A stretch of DNA of 64,000 nucleotides, from assembly GCA_964252035.1 (NCBI GenBank), contig OZ176207.1. One strand, 5' to 3'. The stretch is from Podarcis erhardii. Lineage: Eukaryota. Within the stretch, counting starts at the first letter, position 1. Each line of letters begins with the position of its first letter. The notes under the pieces were generated by a model. The model saw only the letters and a program-made list of their open reading frames with translations, made no database searches and was not told where the DNA came from. Of the stretch, positions 13,500 through 24,726 are shown one piece after another. Position numbers and translations under genes: made by a program.

Positions 13500-14340
13500 T
13501 CTTCTATCCCTGGCTTCCCCCTCAGCTCCCTGCAGACCGAGCCAACAGTACCATAATCCCACGTTCTCAGCAAATTCGCGGCGGCGGCAGCAGCAGCCGA
13601 GCGCACCGGAGCAGGAGCAGCCGCAGCAGCCAGAGACCCGCTGGCTACCAGGCGCGGGGAGAGCAGGCGCCGCTCTTCTTCTTCTTCTTCCAGGCGCCGG
13701 CCGAAGTCATGGCTCGCCCGCCCGCCCGCCCGCCCGCTTCCCTTGTGCTGAGCCAGCGAGAGCGAGCCCTGCGCGAAGGCAGCCGCTGCCTTTGGCTCGG
13801 GATGAGCTCACGGAGGGGGGCGAGGGGGAGAAGCGCTCCTCTGGCAGACGCGGGGGCGCCTCGCTGGAGCACAGCGCCGCCAAGGGGCCCGCGCGCGCGC
13901 CGCAGCCTCCCCAGCCCTGCCCCGACTACTGTATCAGTAGGTCAGCGCGGAAACGTCGCGGATGATGCTGCAGGGAAGCAGCCGCCGGAGGGGAGGGGGG
14001 CCGCGCTCCCCGCCCCGCGACCTGGGCCAAGGCGGGGGAGAAAAGCTTCCCTTCTCGCCACGCGCGCCGCGGCTCCGCCCGCGATGGGAAACGCCCAGCC
14101 TCGCTGCCGAGCGAGGCGGCGCCTACCTGGAAAGCGGGGCGCGATGCGCACGGATCGAAGCAGGGAGGGAGGGAGGCGGGAGCCGCATCTCGCCAGAAAC
14201 GTGACGAGAAACATGGAGGGCGGAGGGGGGAGCCGTGCGCCTCGTGCGCCTTTGCTTCTTCCCTTTCCTCCACGCCCAGTGATGCGCGCACACGAACACA
14301 CACCAACACGTCTCTGACCTCCATACGGCTGACTTCGGTT
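12560..14340. promoter_or_regulatory. CpG island over the PCDHAC1 promoter and 5' exon
   Basis: Very GC- and CpG-dense (e.g. gcgcgcgcgc at 13891) against a CpG-depleted background; edges estimated by eye. Confidence 0.85.
13873..13887 (-). promoter_or_regulatory. Candidate alphaC1 CSE/CTCF site
   Basis: CCCCTTGGCGGCGCT matches CCACTAGGGGGCGCT at 12 of 15 positions, has a CGCT core and the correct orientation, and lies 374 bp upstream of the ATG. The GC-rich context makes a chance match possible. Confidence 0.35.
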
Positions 14341-14572
14341 GGTGCCAGAATAGCGCCCAAAGCCACGCTAGCTCCCCACCTACCCTTCAGACGTCTCAAT
14401 AGCACCGAATGGACCTTGGGGTACCTTGGGGAGCTTTTAAGGATGGGAGGATGGGAGCTCCGAATCTGGGGCGCTGGTGGTGGACGACGACTGAGAATCC
14501 TAGACCCCTTTTCCTGGCCCCACGAATAACAATGGAGCTTACTTGTTGAGGCTTTAGAAGAGAATGGCTCTC

Positions 14573-14609
<37 letters not shown>
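14573..14609. repeat. (TAT)n microsatellite
   Basis: About 12 units, read directly. Confidence 0.95.
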
Positions 14610-15749
14610 TATTATCTCTAGCCCTTAAGCACCGGCTGCTTGAGAGTCTCGTTGCTGTGAGACTACAGTGTTTTTTCCTGGGGCGCCTCCTAAGACCGGG
14701 GCACCCCTGTGCCATAGGCTGCAATCCCGTACAAAAGCACACTCACTTGGGAGTAAGGCCCACTGAAGTCTATGGGGCCTACTTCTGCGTGGACGTAAAT
14801 AAGGTTACACTATCGAATTCCTTTGACGGGCTAATGAATTTATATGCGGGGAATAAGGTTAGTGGAGGCAGGGCAGAAGCAGAGGAAAGCTGGAAGAAGC
14901 AGAAGTCTTGGGTTTCTTGCCACCTGGCAAATCCCGAGGCTGCTCCGCCCCAGAGTAGGAGTTTTTGTTCGTACTTGCTTTACTGCCTCGCCACCTGGCT
15001 GACATGCCCTCGTGTTCCCGGGTGGATTTTGTGTTATGCCCCAGGGAGGCCTCTCTTGAGTTCCAGCGGGAAAATCTTCAGGACGACTCTTGGATCAGGA
15101 TGAGGCAATTGTTGCAGCTTGCAAGATGTGCTTGTAAACATAACGGAGACTTGTGGCACCTTAACGCCTGGCTTTCAAAACCTTTTCCTCTAGTCCTCGC
15201 TTTCAAGATAAAAATTTGCTCGCGCCACGCCAAATTTGCTAATATATTGCAAAGAAATACATTGGAAAACAAAAAGAAACAACTCTTAGCAATGATTGAT
15301 TTGTAACACAGAACACAGCTACTGAATAATATGATCGTGGGACATCCAGAAAGTATAAACAATGCAGCTACATAAGAACATGAATCAACCCCAAAAGGGT
15401 CTTCTCCAGCACCCGATCGAAAGGCGATTCTGGATCACAACTAGGATTATCATCAGTATCACTGGATGCTCTTGCTCTCATTTTGAAAGGGTGTCTATCC
15501 ATATTCTGCAAAAAAAAAAAAAAAAAAAAAAATTCTTTGATTGTCCTTGAATCTTCCCGCCACTCTTGCCATCTTCTCCTGCCCCACACCAGTGTGACAC
15601 AGCCACACCCTTTGAAAGCCCCTGTCTTAACGGCTTGGTCATCATCTTTGGTGGGTGTAGGACACACTTTGTTTTAATCTGCTGCTCTGCTTAAAACGGA
15701 GCGCCTTTGGGGGCCATTAAACGTCTCCTCATTACTCTGTGATTGCTTA

Positions 15750-17400
15750 AATCTGGTAGTCCTTATTAAAATGCGGCTGCATATTAAAGCTGCGTGCGAA
15801 AACTCAGGGCTCCGACTGTTGAACCACGTCTTCTTCTTCTCCGACGCTCCAAGGCTGGCGATGCTCAAGAAGAAAGAGGACAAAGAGGACGTATCGCAGC
15901 TCAGCCCCCAAACTCCAACTGAAGGCGCTTCTGCGATTGACCGTTTGGCTGTGTAGGCACCATGCCTTCAAAGGATGCACACGGATATAGGATTCTTGGT
16001 GCGTGGGTAAGCGGGACGCGAGAGGATGTGTGCTTTAAATATACAGTATAGGGTGTGCGCAGCCTTTGCCTTCATGGAAGGGTGTAAACAGGATCTCCTT
16101 TGGGCGAGATTGAAGATGAGCTCTGGGAGGCTCAGAGTTTCAGTCCTAACCGTAAGTCATCTAAGCCCATAGAACTATTCTGGAAGAATATTTCACAGCT
16201 GCAGCTTTGAGCGTTTGCCAGCCATCTCTTGGGTAGCTTTGAGTGGTGAGACTTCCTTTACGCACACAAGTCCTGCATAGTAAGAAGCATTTTCTTCGCC
16301 TGGGCTGTTTCACGCACAACACCGGGTCACCGGCAGGCAACACACGCAGCTGGCCACCAGTCCTGACTGTCCGCCCCGATGAGCGTGCCTGCGTGATATA
16401 GGCGTTTCCAGATCCGTTTCTGACATCCACGCTTTATCTTTAAGCCAAATCCACTTCCAAGAACTTAGCTGCGAAGAGGCCAGTAAGTCAACGGGGTACC
16501 AAAAATATCCACCGGCTTCCTCTGGGCAGGGCTTCTGTGCCTCTCCCGCAGTGGTCAACGTGCTGGGCTGCCGGGTTCTGCAGGTGCCTGGTCTGGTCAG
16601 GACCCCAGGTAACCACCGCTGCTAGTCTTCCTTCTTGTAAACTCGCTTGCAATTCCAGTCCCGCATTGGCTGCTGTTTCTATGACGTCACGGCAGCCACC
16701 CCCTATCCTCGGCCTTGAGCTGAAAAGAGGGTTGTCGCCTCCCGCACCAATTTCCTCCGCTTCACCGACAACACCTGGGAGCTCCTCGCATGTCAAAAGC
16801 AAGCTTTCCAATTCCACTTCACGCCTCGGAACAAAACGTCCTTCCTGGGGCAGCCTCCCTGGCGGGCATCTGGCAGAAGGCGAGAAGCAGCAGCTGCCCA
16901 GAAAGAAGCCCCTTAAACGCGCGGCTACCAGCGGCCCCCCGACGCCCGCTGCGCCTCCCAGGAAACCTGCGGGCGGCATCTCTTGAGCGCTGGGCAATGG
17001 GCAGAAGAGCGGCTGCCAAGCAGGCAAACTGCGCGCCCGAGATTCGCCGCTGGATTCGGGAGCGCGTCGAGCGGCCGCTGAGCGGTGATTTACGAGTCAA
17101 CCGCAGGGAACTTGATTTCCAGGAAACCCGCGGCGTAAGGACTCCTGGGCAAGGAAGGGCGGCCGCGTCTCTCGTGCTGCCGCCTTGCTCCCCGCCGGCA
17201 AGGAAGGCGCTACCCTCGAACTGCCCCTCTGGTAACCTGAAGCCATCTTGTAACTTGGAGCTTTCTCCATGCTCTCTCTTTTATGCCTCTCTGCAGGAAG
17301 AGACATGGGTCTCTCCCAAGGAAGACCTTTGGCACGAATGCAAACAAGTGAACCGCCGTCCAAAGGAGTGCTGCGTACTGGCAACTTGCCGGCAACCAGC
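15750..17400. promoter_or_regulatory. Second CpG-rich island with a promoter-like module
   Basis: CpG-dense sequence separate from the C1 island and not recognised as a TE. It contains ATTGG (16665), GTTTCTATG (16675) and TGACGTCA (16682). Confidence 0.6.
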
Positions 17401-19600
17401 CAAGTGCTTTTGAGGAAAAGGGAAGAGCTGAACATGCCGAAGAAAAGCATTCATTGCAAACCTTCCGTTTTGCTTCACCTTCTTTCAACGGCAAGATCAC
17501 CCCTTCAGGTGTCACAGGAAGCTGTTGCCTTTAGCCTTCTTTCTCTCTTTGGGGTCCCACATTACAGTGGTACCTCGGGTTACAGACGCTTCAGGTTACA
17601 GACTCCGCTAAGCCAGAAATAGTACCTCGGGTTAAGAACTTTGCTTCAGGATGAGAACAGAAATCGTGCTCCGGCTGTGCGGCGGCAGCGGGAGGCCCCA
17701 TTAGCTAAAGTGGTGCTTCAGGTTATGAACAGTTTCAGGTTAAGAACGGACCTCCAGAAGGAATTAAGTTCTTAACCTGAGGTACCACTGTACTGCTCTA
17801 TAGCTAAGGCTTGCTGCTTTCTAAAATTCATCCCTTTTATGTAATGGCTCTATAAAAGACTCTTACTAAGTCCCACTGACTTTAATAGGGCTTACTTCTA
17901 TGTAGACATAAACAGGACTGCACTGTAAGTCTGTTCTCCATTGCTATCCATTCATCAAGCACCAAACTGATTAAAACCTCAGTTCCCTTTTGCTATTAAC
18001 TCATGCTTTTTCATTCCTGGTCCCTTCATCTCAATTTTAAGGAAACATTTAAAATGCATCTTTTCTTTCTTGCATTTCACATTTAATATTCTATTTGAAA
18101 AGACGCCATTGAAATAAATGGGACTTGGACAGGATTTAGGTATCTAAAGACAAGCCCTATTCAGCTGGATGGAACTTGAACGAAGTGTGGGAGATTAGCA
18201 GCCCAATCTAGCAATGGATATTCTTACTAGTTAGCATGAGTAGGGGTTAAAGACCACAGAGCTGTACTGCCAATAGACAGACACAGATCATAGAAATGTA
18301 ATTTGTTGAGAGGGCTCTGTGTGGTGTCATTTCCTCTCCTCTCCCGAGAGGGGGGGGGGGGACATATGGACTATTCCTTTCTCTCTTCCCGTTTCACTTT
18401 GATAAGCAATAGGAGCAGATATATATCCAACTGCTCCATCTCAGGCACATGCCTGAGGCTGTTTATACTGGAAATATACGGTAAGTATTTTGCCTGCATT
18501 TATTTTACTGCTGTTGCTGCTGAGAATGAAGGCAGTATTATGGCTTTTTCTGTTACAGATGGAACTTTAAACTTTGCTCAGCCCTACATTTTAAATGAAG
18601 TGGTAAGCTGATCTCTTTGTATGTTCAATGCACACATGGGCACTTGGAGGGATAAACTGAAATTAATGTATCTTTTCCTGCCTATTAAAACCCATTTCAC
18701 ATGAAGATCTTGAACCAGACAGCAAATTGTGCATGAAATACGGGTACTTCCCTGCTCCACTCTCTCTATCTAGAAGAGAAAGGAAGGTTCTGAAGGATGA
18801 CAATGAGCTGCAGAATTTGAAGTTTTCAGGAAGTGAAAGGTTTGTGTGCCCAGAGTGCTTGTGTCTGATGACAGGGACAAGTGCCACTTCTGTCCATCTG
18901 CTAGCATGCAGGCTGCAAAGGTGGGAGGGGAAAGGCTCTTTGTGGGACTGCAGGTTCTACAAGAGAGGAAGTCTAACTTTAGGGATGACAGAAGGTTTAA
19001 TGGCCTGCTGGTAGACAGAGGTTTTATGGTGAAGGCTATAATGGTACAAGGGGCAGTTTGTTTCTCAATCTATTTCTAGGAACCACAGGAGTAGAAAGCA
19101 CTTGTACTTGGGTGCTTGGCACAATCAATTGGCTGGTCACAGTGAAAACAGGATGCTTGACTAGATGGGTCATGGGCTTAATACAGCAGCCTCCTCTTAT
19201 GTACTTTTTTGCAGAGCAGCCAGTCCCTGTACCTACAGACTGCCTGGCTTAGGCAGTCAAATGCTGACTTGGGAGCTCCTCACAAGGACCAGATACTTCC
19301 TTGATGATCCTTCAGCAGAAGTTTGAGATCACTAAATGGCACTTGTTGCAGTTCTGTACAAGTGCAGGGGTTGGGGAGGCCAAGAGGTCTTCATTTTGCT
19401 CAGCTTGAAAAAATATATTTGGCTGTGCGGGTTTTTTATATTGATTCTAATTAATACTGTTTTGATTTAATTTATTATTTTTAACACTGTTATATTGTTC
19501 TAACTTGTCAATACTGCTTGCCACTTTTTAATATATTTTTTAGAAGATGACAGGCAGAATTTTAAAAGAAATTAAAGTAAAATATTACAATGTTTAAAAT
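15854..19600 (+). other. Candidate spliced antisense transcription unit (lncRNA or small-ORF gene), unverified
   Basis: Polypyrimidine-AG acceptors pair with GT donors at 15854-16006, 17297-17508, 18413-18480, 18559-18602, 18774-18839 and 19215 onward; ATTAAA at 19571. No transcript data. Confidence 0.35.
17565..17790 (+). mobile_element. Tigger-like MITE, full-length copy
   Basis: TIR CAGTGGTACCTC at both ends with TA target duplications; same family as 24505, 52223 and 52818. Confidence 0.9.
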
Positions 19601-22600
19601 TGAGTATTTTTTTTTTAATGAGATCTATGGGTTGTTCTACCAATAGCAAAGGAAGTCAAATACTGAACAATCCCGGCATTTGTTTGTTGTTTTTCTATAC
19701 TCTCATGTAATTGATCTCCTTTGACATGATAGGCAACATTAAAGTGATTTCTTTTCCCATTCTGCTATTGTAGGGGCAAGGCAATGTTCTCTAACATGCA
19801 GCACCCTGGCCAGCAGAACAGTCCTGTGCATGTTTATTCAGAAGTTCTAAAATGTTCATTTGGACTTTCTCCATGTATATAGTACTGCAGCCTTAGACTG
19901 ATGTATATGAATTAGAAACTGTGACATGAAAGCACTTGTCAGATTTGGGTTAGCTCTGGAACACTTTCAATGATATTGGGGACAGTAATACGTAACAATC
20001 AAATAGGATTGATATAAGGCAATACACACAGAGAGAGAGAGAGACCTCTGAACACTCTAAAAAGATTTTATAAACTCCAAAGGAGGTGAGGATATCTCTG
20101 TGGAGTCAGCAAAAACAGAGGGCCCAATGTTAATTTTATTTCTGTTTATTGATTCAGTTACTGCCTTGATCATTTGAAAGCTCTTGGTTGCTGAGCAAAC
20201 TAGCAAAGATGGGAAGAATTCCCCTCCTCCCTTTGCCACTTCCAACAGAAAAGGCTGTTATCTCATTTGATTTTTAAAAGGTGTAATATACCAACTTGTC
20301 ATTAGCTCAAAGCAGTTCCGTCTTAAATTAGCACATCATGACAAATTATTAACAGATTTCAATGTTGCAATTCCTATTTCTCTCATCACCTCCACCAAGT
20401 GAGAAAGAAGCCCACCCTGAAGCAGAAAATGTCTTTCAGGACCCAATAGTAGAAGCAACAACTAGTGTGAATTTCTAGTGCAACCATTTCAGTATAGAGA
20501 CATCTGGACCTTACATCTACTCTTCCAAGCTGTGAGCATGCTAAGAAGATTACCCAGATTCGAGACAGATACCAAAGAGAACTCAGTTCCAAGACTGTCT
20601 AGTTCTGCTCTTCAGTCATCTCTCAAACTGCTTTGGCTGGCCAATATTCATATGCTCTATTGACAATGTCAAACTATCATATAAAATACACTTCGGAAGC
20701 ATACACAGCAGCATAAATATCATATTCATAAGGCAAGCACAGCATGTAAACTAGGTTTCAGTCTATATTGCCTCCTGCTTCTGGGCCTCCAAGCTGCTCC
20801 CACCCTCACCCCCCTCCCAAATTAAGTGGAGTGTGATCCCCCCCCCCATAGATAGATGGACTGGAAAGCTGTTATTTGAAGTTGGAACTGGTCCATAGAA
20901 CTGATGTAGTGGTAGACTAGCAGAGTGAAATGAGGAAAAATGAAGTAAATTCTCCTGAGACATACAGTGAATGATTTGTAAACTGAAGACTAACTCGGAG
21001 ACAACTATTACAATATGCACTTGAGCTGAGAGGTTGTGAAGTTAGTCTGATGGAAAGTAAACTGAAATGTGGAAAGAGCTTATGTAGCTGCCTTAAGCAC
21101 AGCAGCAATTTTTAGAAATTATATCTCTCCTCCTGTTGGAGTCAGTCTCCAGGTGTAACAGATTACTTTAAAAATGCTATTAAGTCATTAAACACCCCAT
21201 AGTCCTAGGTAAAACAACAAGCAAGTCTCTAGTTTAAAAGCGCAAGAAGAGAAAGACAACCAGGAGTTTAGAAAGCAACATGTGTTTTCTAGCAGCAGAT
21301 GCCCCAATACTATCCTACTTCCTGGTCACTGTGACAAAACACCTTGGTATTGTGTGACCAGTGGTACTCAAATGTCTGAGAAATGCAGAACATAAAATTC
21401 CAATGCAAAGCAAGGAAAGTTTTTTAACAAGCTACTTGAAGAGACATACAAGTTAAGGGGCGGGGGAAATAGAAAAGAAAAAAGCATATATGCAGAAAGG
21501 CTTAGAGTGGCAGGTGAAGACAAAGCTTGCCAATGCCAAAACATTTGTTATAAGCACAAGTACAACAGATCCTGGAAAGAAGCAGCTGTTTTTTGACCTG
21601 CAGTTCCAGACACAGCATGGATACATTTCTAGGGAGATCAATCAAAGGCAGAGGCTAGTCAGGAAAGAAAACAGCGCCTTAGGCTAACATGAGGAAGGAT
21701 TTGTTGGTTGACATTCTTCTGTCTCAAGAGATAATGGAATGTGGCTCCAGTCAAACTGTTGTGTTAAAGGCATAAAGTGACCTTCCTGGGACGCAAACCT
21801 GGGCAATGTGTATGAAGGTCCTGGGCTACCCAGATGACAAGACCCCCCTCTCGGCCTCACTGAAAGGGTCCAAAGGAAAGCAGAGCAAGACATCTGGCAC
21901 CAGCTTGGCTGCAGGAGTTACCAGAAGGAGGCGTACAAGGCGCCATCCAGCCATCTTAGGGACTCTGCTCTGGGTTTATGTAGGGTTTATTCCTTAGCCT
22001 TTTCTTCTCCCAAAGAGATCATGCAAAGCATCAGAGATTTAGGACCAGAGTTCTCCTTCTCCTAGATTGGGTACCTTCCCAGGTTGGCAATCCTCATCTG
22101 CTCCTCACTTCCTTCTACAGCATGTGCAGAAACCGCCTTAATGACCATTGGAGCCACTATTGGTCTTGTCTGCTCAATCTGCCAGAGCCTGTCTTCACAT
22201 GCAGGTGAAGTCCCTAACTCACTGAGAATTTGAGACCCATTGGCTATCCTCACCTGTTTTAGCCGACTAGTCAAAACCATTTCCTGGGGTGTGCCCACTG
22301 TTGAATGCTGACAGCTTCTAGGAGCCATAGGTGAGAGCTAAGTGCAGAGTGGGGACCAAAGTAGGACAAACTACCCTAGAAGGAGCACGATTCATACAAA
22401 TCAACTGCAGTTCCTTCATAGATACAAAGACACACACATACCTCAACAGCAAAATGAAGCATTGGCAGCAAAATAACATCATCCCAGCCCATCAAATACT
22501 GAAGGAAAAGGTAAGTTTTTACCTGAAAAGATGTTAACAAACGACCAGGCGGACCTCAAGAAGGACAGTTTCCCACCTCAGAAGAAGATCTAAGAGTGTA

Positions 22601-22641
22601 AGTGACTTCCAGAAGCTACTGAGACTCTGAGACCTAAAGAG

Positions 22642-22725
22642 CTTTATAGGTCAAATCAGCATTTTTAAACTACATAGGTCAAAACCAGCATTTTTAAACT
22701 TTATAGGTCAAAACCAGCATTTTAA
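22642..22725. repeat. About 29-bp tandem repeat, three copies
   Basis: Unit ct(t/a)(t/c)ataggtcaaa(a/t)(c)cagcatttttaaa at 22642, 22670 and 22699. Confidence 0.9.
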
Positions 22726-22739
22726 TTGAGCTCTGAATC

Positions 22740-23920
22740 TAGAACAAATCTAGTTGTAACAGAATTGGTGTTATAGTATCTCTTCGCCTTGAAGCTGTCA
22801 ATAGTCGGGCAGCCACATTCTTTCCTAATAGAAGCTTCCAAACCATTTTCAAAGGCAGCTCCATGTAGAGCACATTGCAATAGTTCAATCTTGTACTTAC
22901 CAGAGAACAGATTACTGCAGCTATATTACCCCTGTTCAGATAGGGTTGTATTTGAGCCACTGGCCTAAATTGGTAAAAGGCACTCCATGCCACTGAGGCC
23001 AGCTGTGTGTCTTCCCCCTTTGTTTTGACAGCTGGGGGAGGCTTGGGAGTCGCGGGTGGGCAGTGCGCCAAATGTCCACCATCAGCAGCTCGCTCCGCCC
23101 CCCTGGGTGGCTCGCTCCACCCTTGGCTGCAGGGCCCGCACCGCTCAGTGCACCCAAGCAGCTATCCCACACCTGGGAGAAAACCCTCTATGCCCCTCCC
23201 CCCTCGGGAGCACACCCACCCTGGGCAGCATGGGCATATGCTCTGCCACTCCTTCTGGAGTCTATCATTCAAGTAGGAGCGGAATCATTGGAATGCAATG
23301 CTCCAAATATGCAGCTCAGGCAGTCGTCTCAGAATGATAAGTAAAGGTAAAGGGACCCCTGACCATTAAGTCCAGTTGCAGACGACTCTGGGGTTGCGGT
23401 GCTCACCTCACTTTACTGGCCGAGGGAGCCAGCGTACAGCTTCCGGGTCATGTGGCCAGCATGGCTAAGCCGCTTCTGGCGAACCAGAGCAGCGCACGGA
23501 AACACTGTTTACCTTCCCACCTGAGCAGTACCTACTTATCTACTTGCATTCTGATGTGCTTTTGAACTGCTAGGTTGGCAGGGACCAAGCAATGGGAGCT
23601 CACGATGTCGCGGGGATTCGAACTGCTAACCTTCTGATTGGCAAGCCCTAGGCTCTGTGGTTTAGACCACATTGCCACCCGTGTCAGAATGATACCATGG
23701 TCAATAATATTGAAAACCTCTAAAAGGTCAAAGAATATCAACACACTCCCCCTGTCTCTTTTATGACACATGTCATTGTACAAGGCAACCAAGTTTCCCT
23801 ATGAAACCCAGGTCTGAAACCCAACTGAAATGGATCTGGGAAATATGGCTCCTCCAAGAGTACCTGGATCTGGCTTGCAATCACCCTCTCAAGAGACTGA
23901 CTCCATCTTGAGTGGGGCAT
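22740..23920 (-). mobile_element. Old L2 LINE RT region, interrupted by a SINE and a GC-rich insert
   Basis: DPFQLGFRPGFHRET..FNIIDHGIIL (23690-23920) continues as LRRLPEL..FRSYLNDRLQK (23240-23339) and STRLNYCNVLYMELPLK..AARLLT (22740-22990). Confidence 0.8.
23340..23684 (-). mobile_element. Sauria SINE (Podarcis-type)
   Basis: It has a tRNA-like head with B box GTTCGAATCC and an (ACCTTT)-type tail (gtaaaggtaaagg). The TSD CAGAATGATA lies at 23330-23339 and 23685-23694. Confidence 0.92.
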
Positions 23921-24504
23921 CTCACAAAGCTCTTTTTCACATATTTTACAGAGGGCTCATTGTACCTTGCAAGGCTGGTATGATGCCCAGTCAATAAACA
24001 TGTTTTAAAATTTACTTCTGGCAATGGCTAGAAGTTAACAGAAAACTGGTCTGTGAACTACTGGGACCAGATGGCTAGAGGAAGAAACCCAGCTAATAGA
24101 GCTTTCATCTCAACATCATGTGTTTTGTGGTTGAAGCAGCTCTTAGTATATCTTTGTACACTCTCAAACAGCAGCTTGTGTCCATACTACACATTACCAC
24201 AGCTGTGGGTAATGTACAGTAATTATAGCTATTTCTTTGCTACAAAGAACCACTGGGAGCAATGGAGGCACCTCACGTAGCACAACTGGGGCACTGCCTA
24301 CCCTAAATCTCCAAACCCACCAAAGCTATAGCCCAGTTCCTCCTCTGTTCCTTACATTCCTATTAAATACACTTAGAGACCCTCTGGACTTGTTTTTGCC
24401 CATCTGCTGTACTGGCTAATCATCTCTGGGCAGCACAGCCAGGCACAACCATCCTAATGGTTCCATCCATCTATTGGAACTTAAAAGGGCTTGTAAATAC
24501 TATA

Positions 24505-24726
24505 CAGTGGTACCTCTGGTTACGTACTTAATTTGTTCTGGGGGTCTATTCTTAACCTGAAACTGTTCTTAACCTGAAGCACCTAGCTAATGGGGCCTCC
24601 TGCTGCTGTCGTGCCACTGCCGCGTGATTTCTGTTCTCATCCTGAAGCAAAGTTCTTAACCCAAGGTACTATTTCTGGGTTAGCAGAGTCTGTAACCTGA
24701 AGCGTATGTAACCCGAGGTACCACTG
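24505..24726 (-). mobile_element. Tigger-like MITE, full-length copy
   Basis: Reverse-oriented copy of 17565-17790 with CAGTGGTACCTC TIRs and TA flanks. Confidence 0.9.

Noticed and set aside
13645-14405. Overlapping 119-202 aa Arg/Pro/Gly/Ala-rich ORFs on both strands
   Set aside because: Stop-poor GC-rich CpG island sequence with no domain signal.
14564-15103. 179-aa ORF with poly-Tyr
   Set aside because: The poly-Tyr is the (TAT)n microsatellite, and the following part crosses a common short squamate repeat (about 14716-14810).
14300-19300. Apparent enrichment of plus-strand GTAAG (U1) sites as evidence of transcription direction
   Set aside because: About 8 hits in 5 kb versus about 5 expected, two of them from repeats, and the minus strand has a comparable number. 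Only the acceptor-donor pairing was retained as evidence.
20400-20610. Protein-like short frames (EKEAHPEAENVFQD.., EHAKKITQIRDRYQREL) and the possible exon 22422-22510
   Set aside because: They are short and closed by stops, with no recognisable family or convincing flanking splice sites to link them to the candidate antisense unit.
22642-22725. 29-bp repeats as a CRISPR-like array (also AT-rich repeats near 29670-29715)
   Set aside because: The units are head-to-tail with no spacers, in a vertebrate genome.
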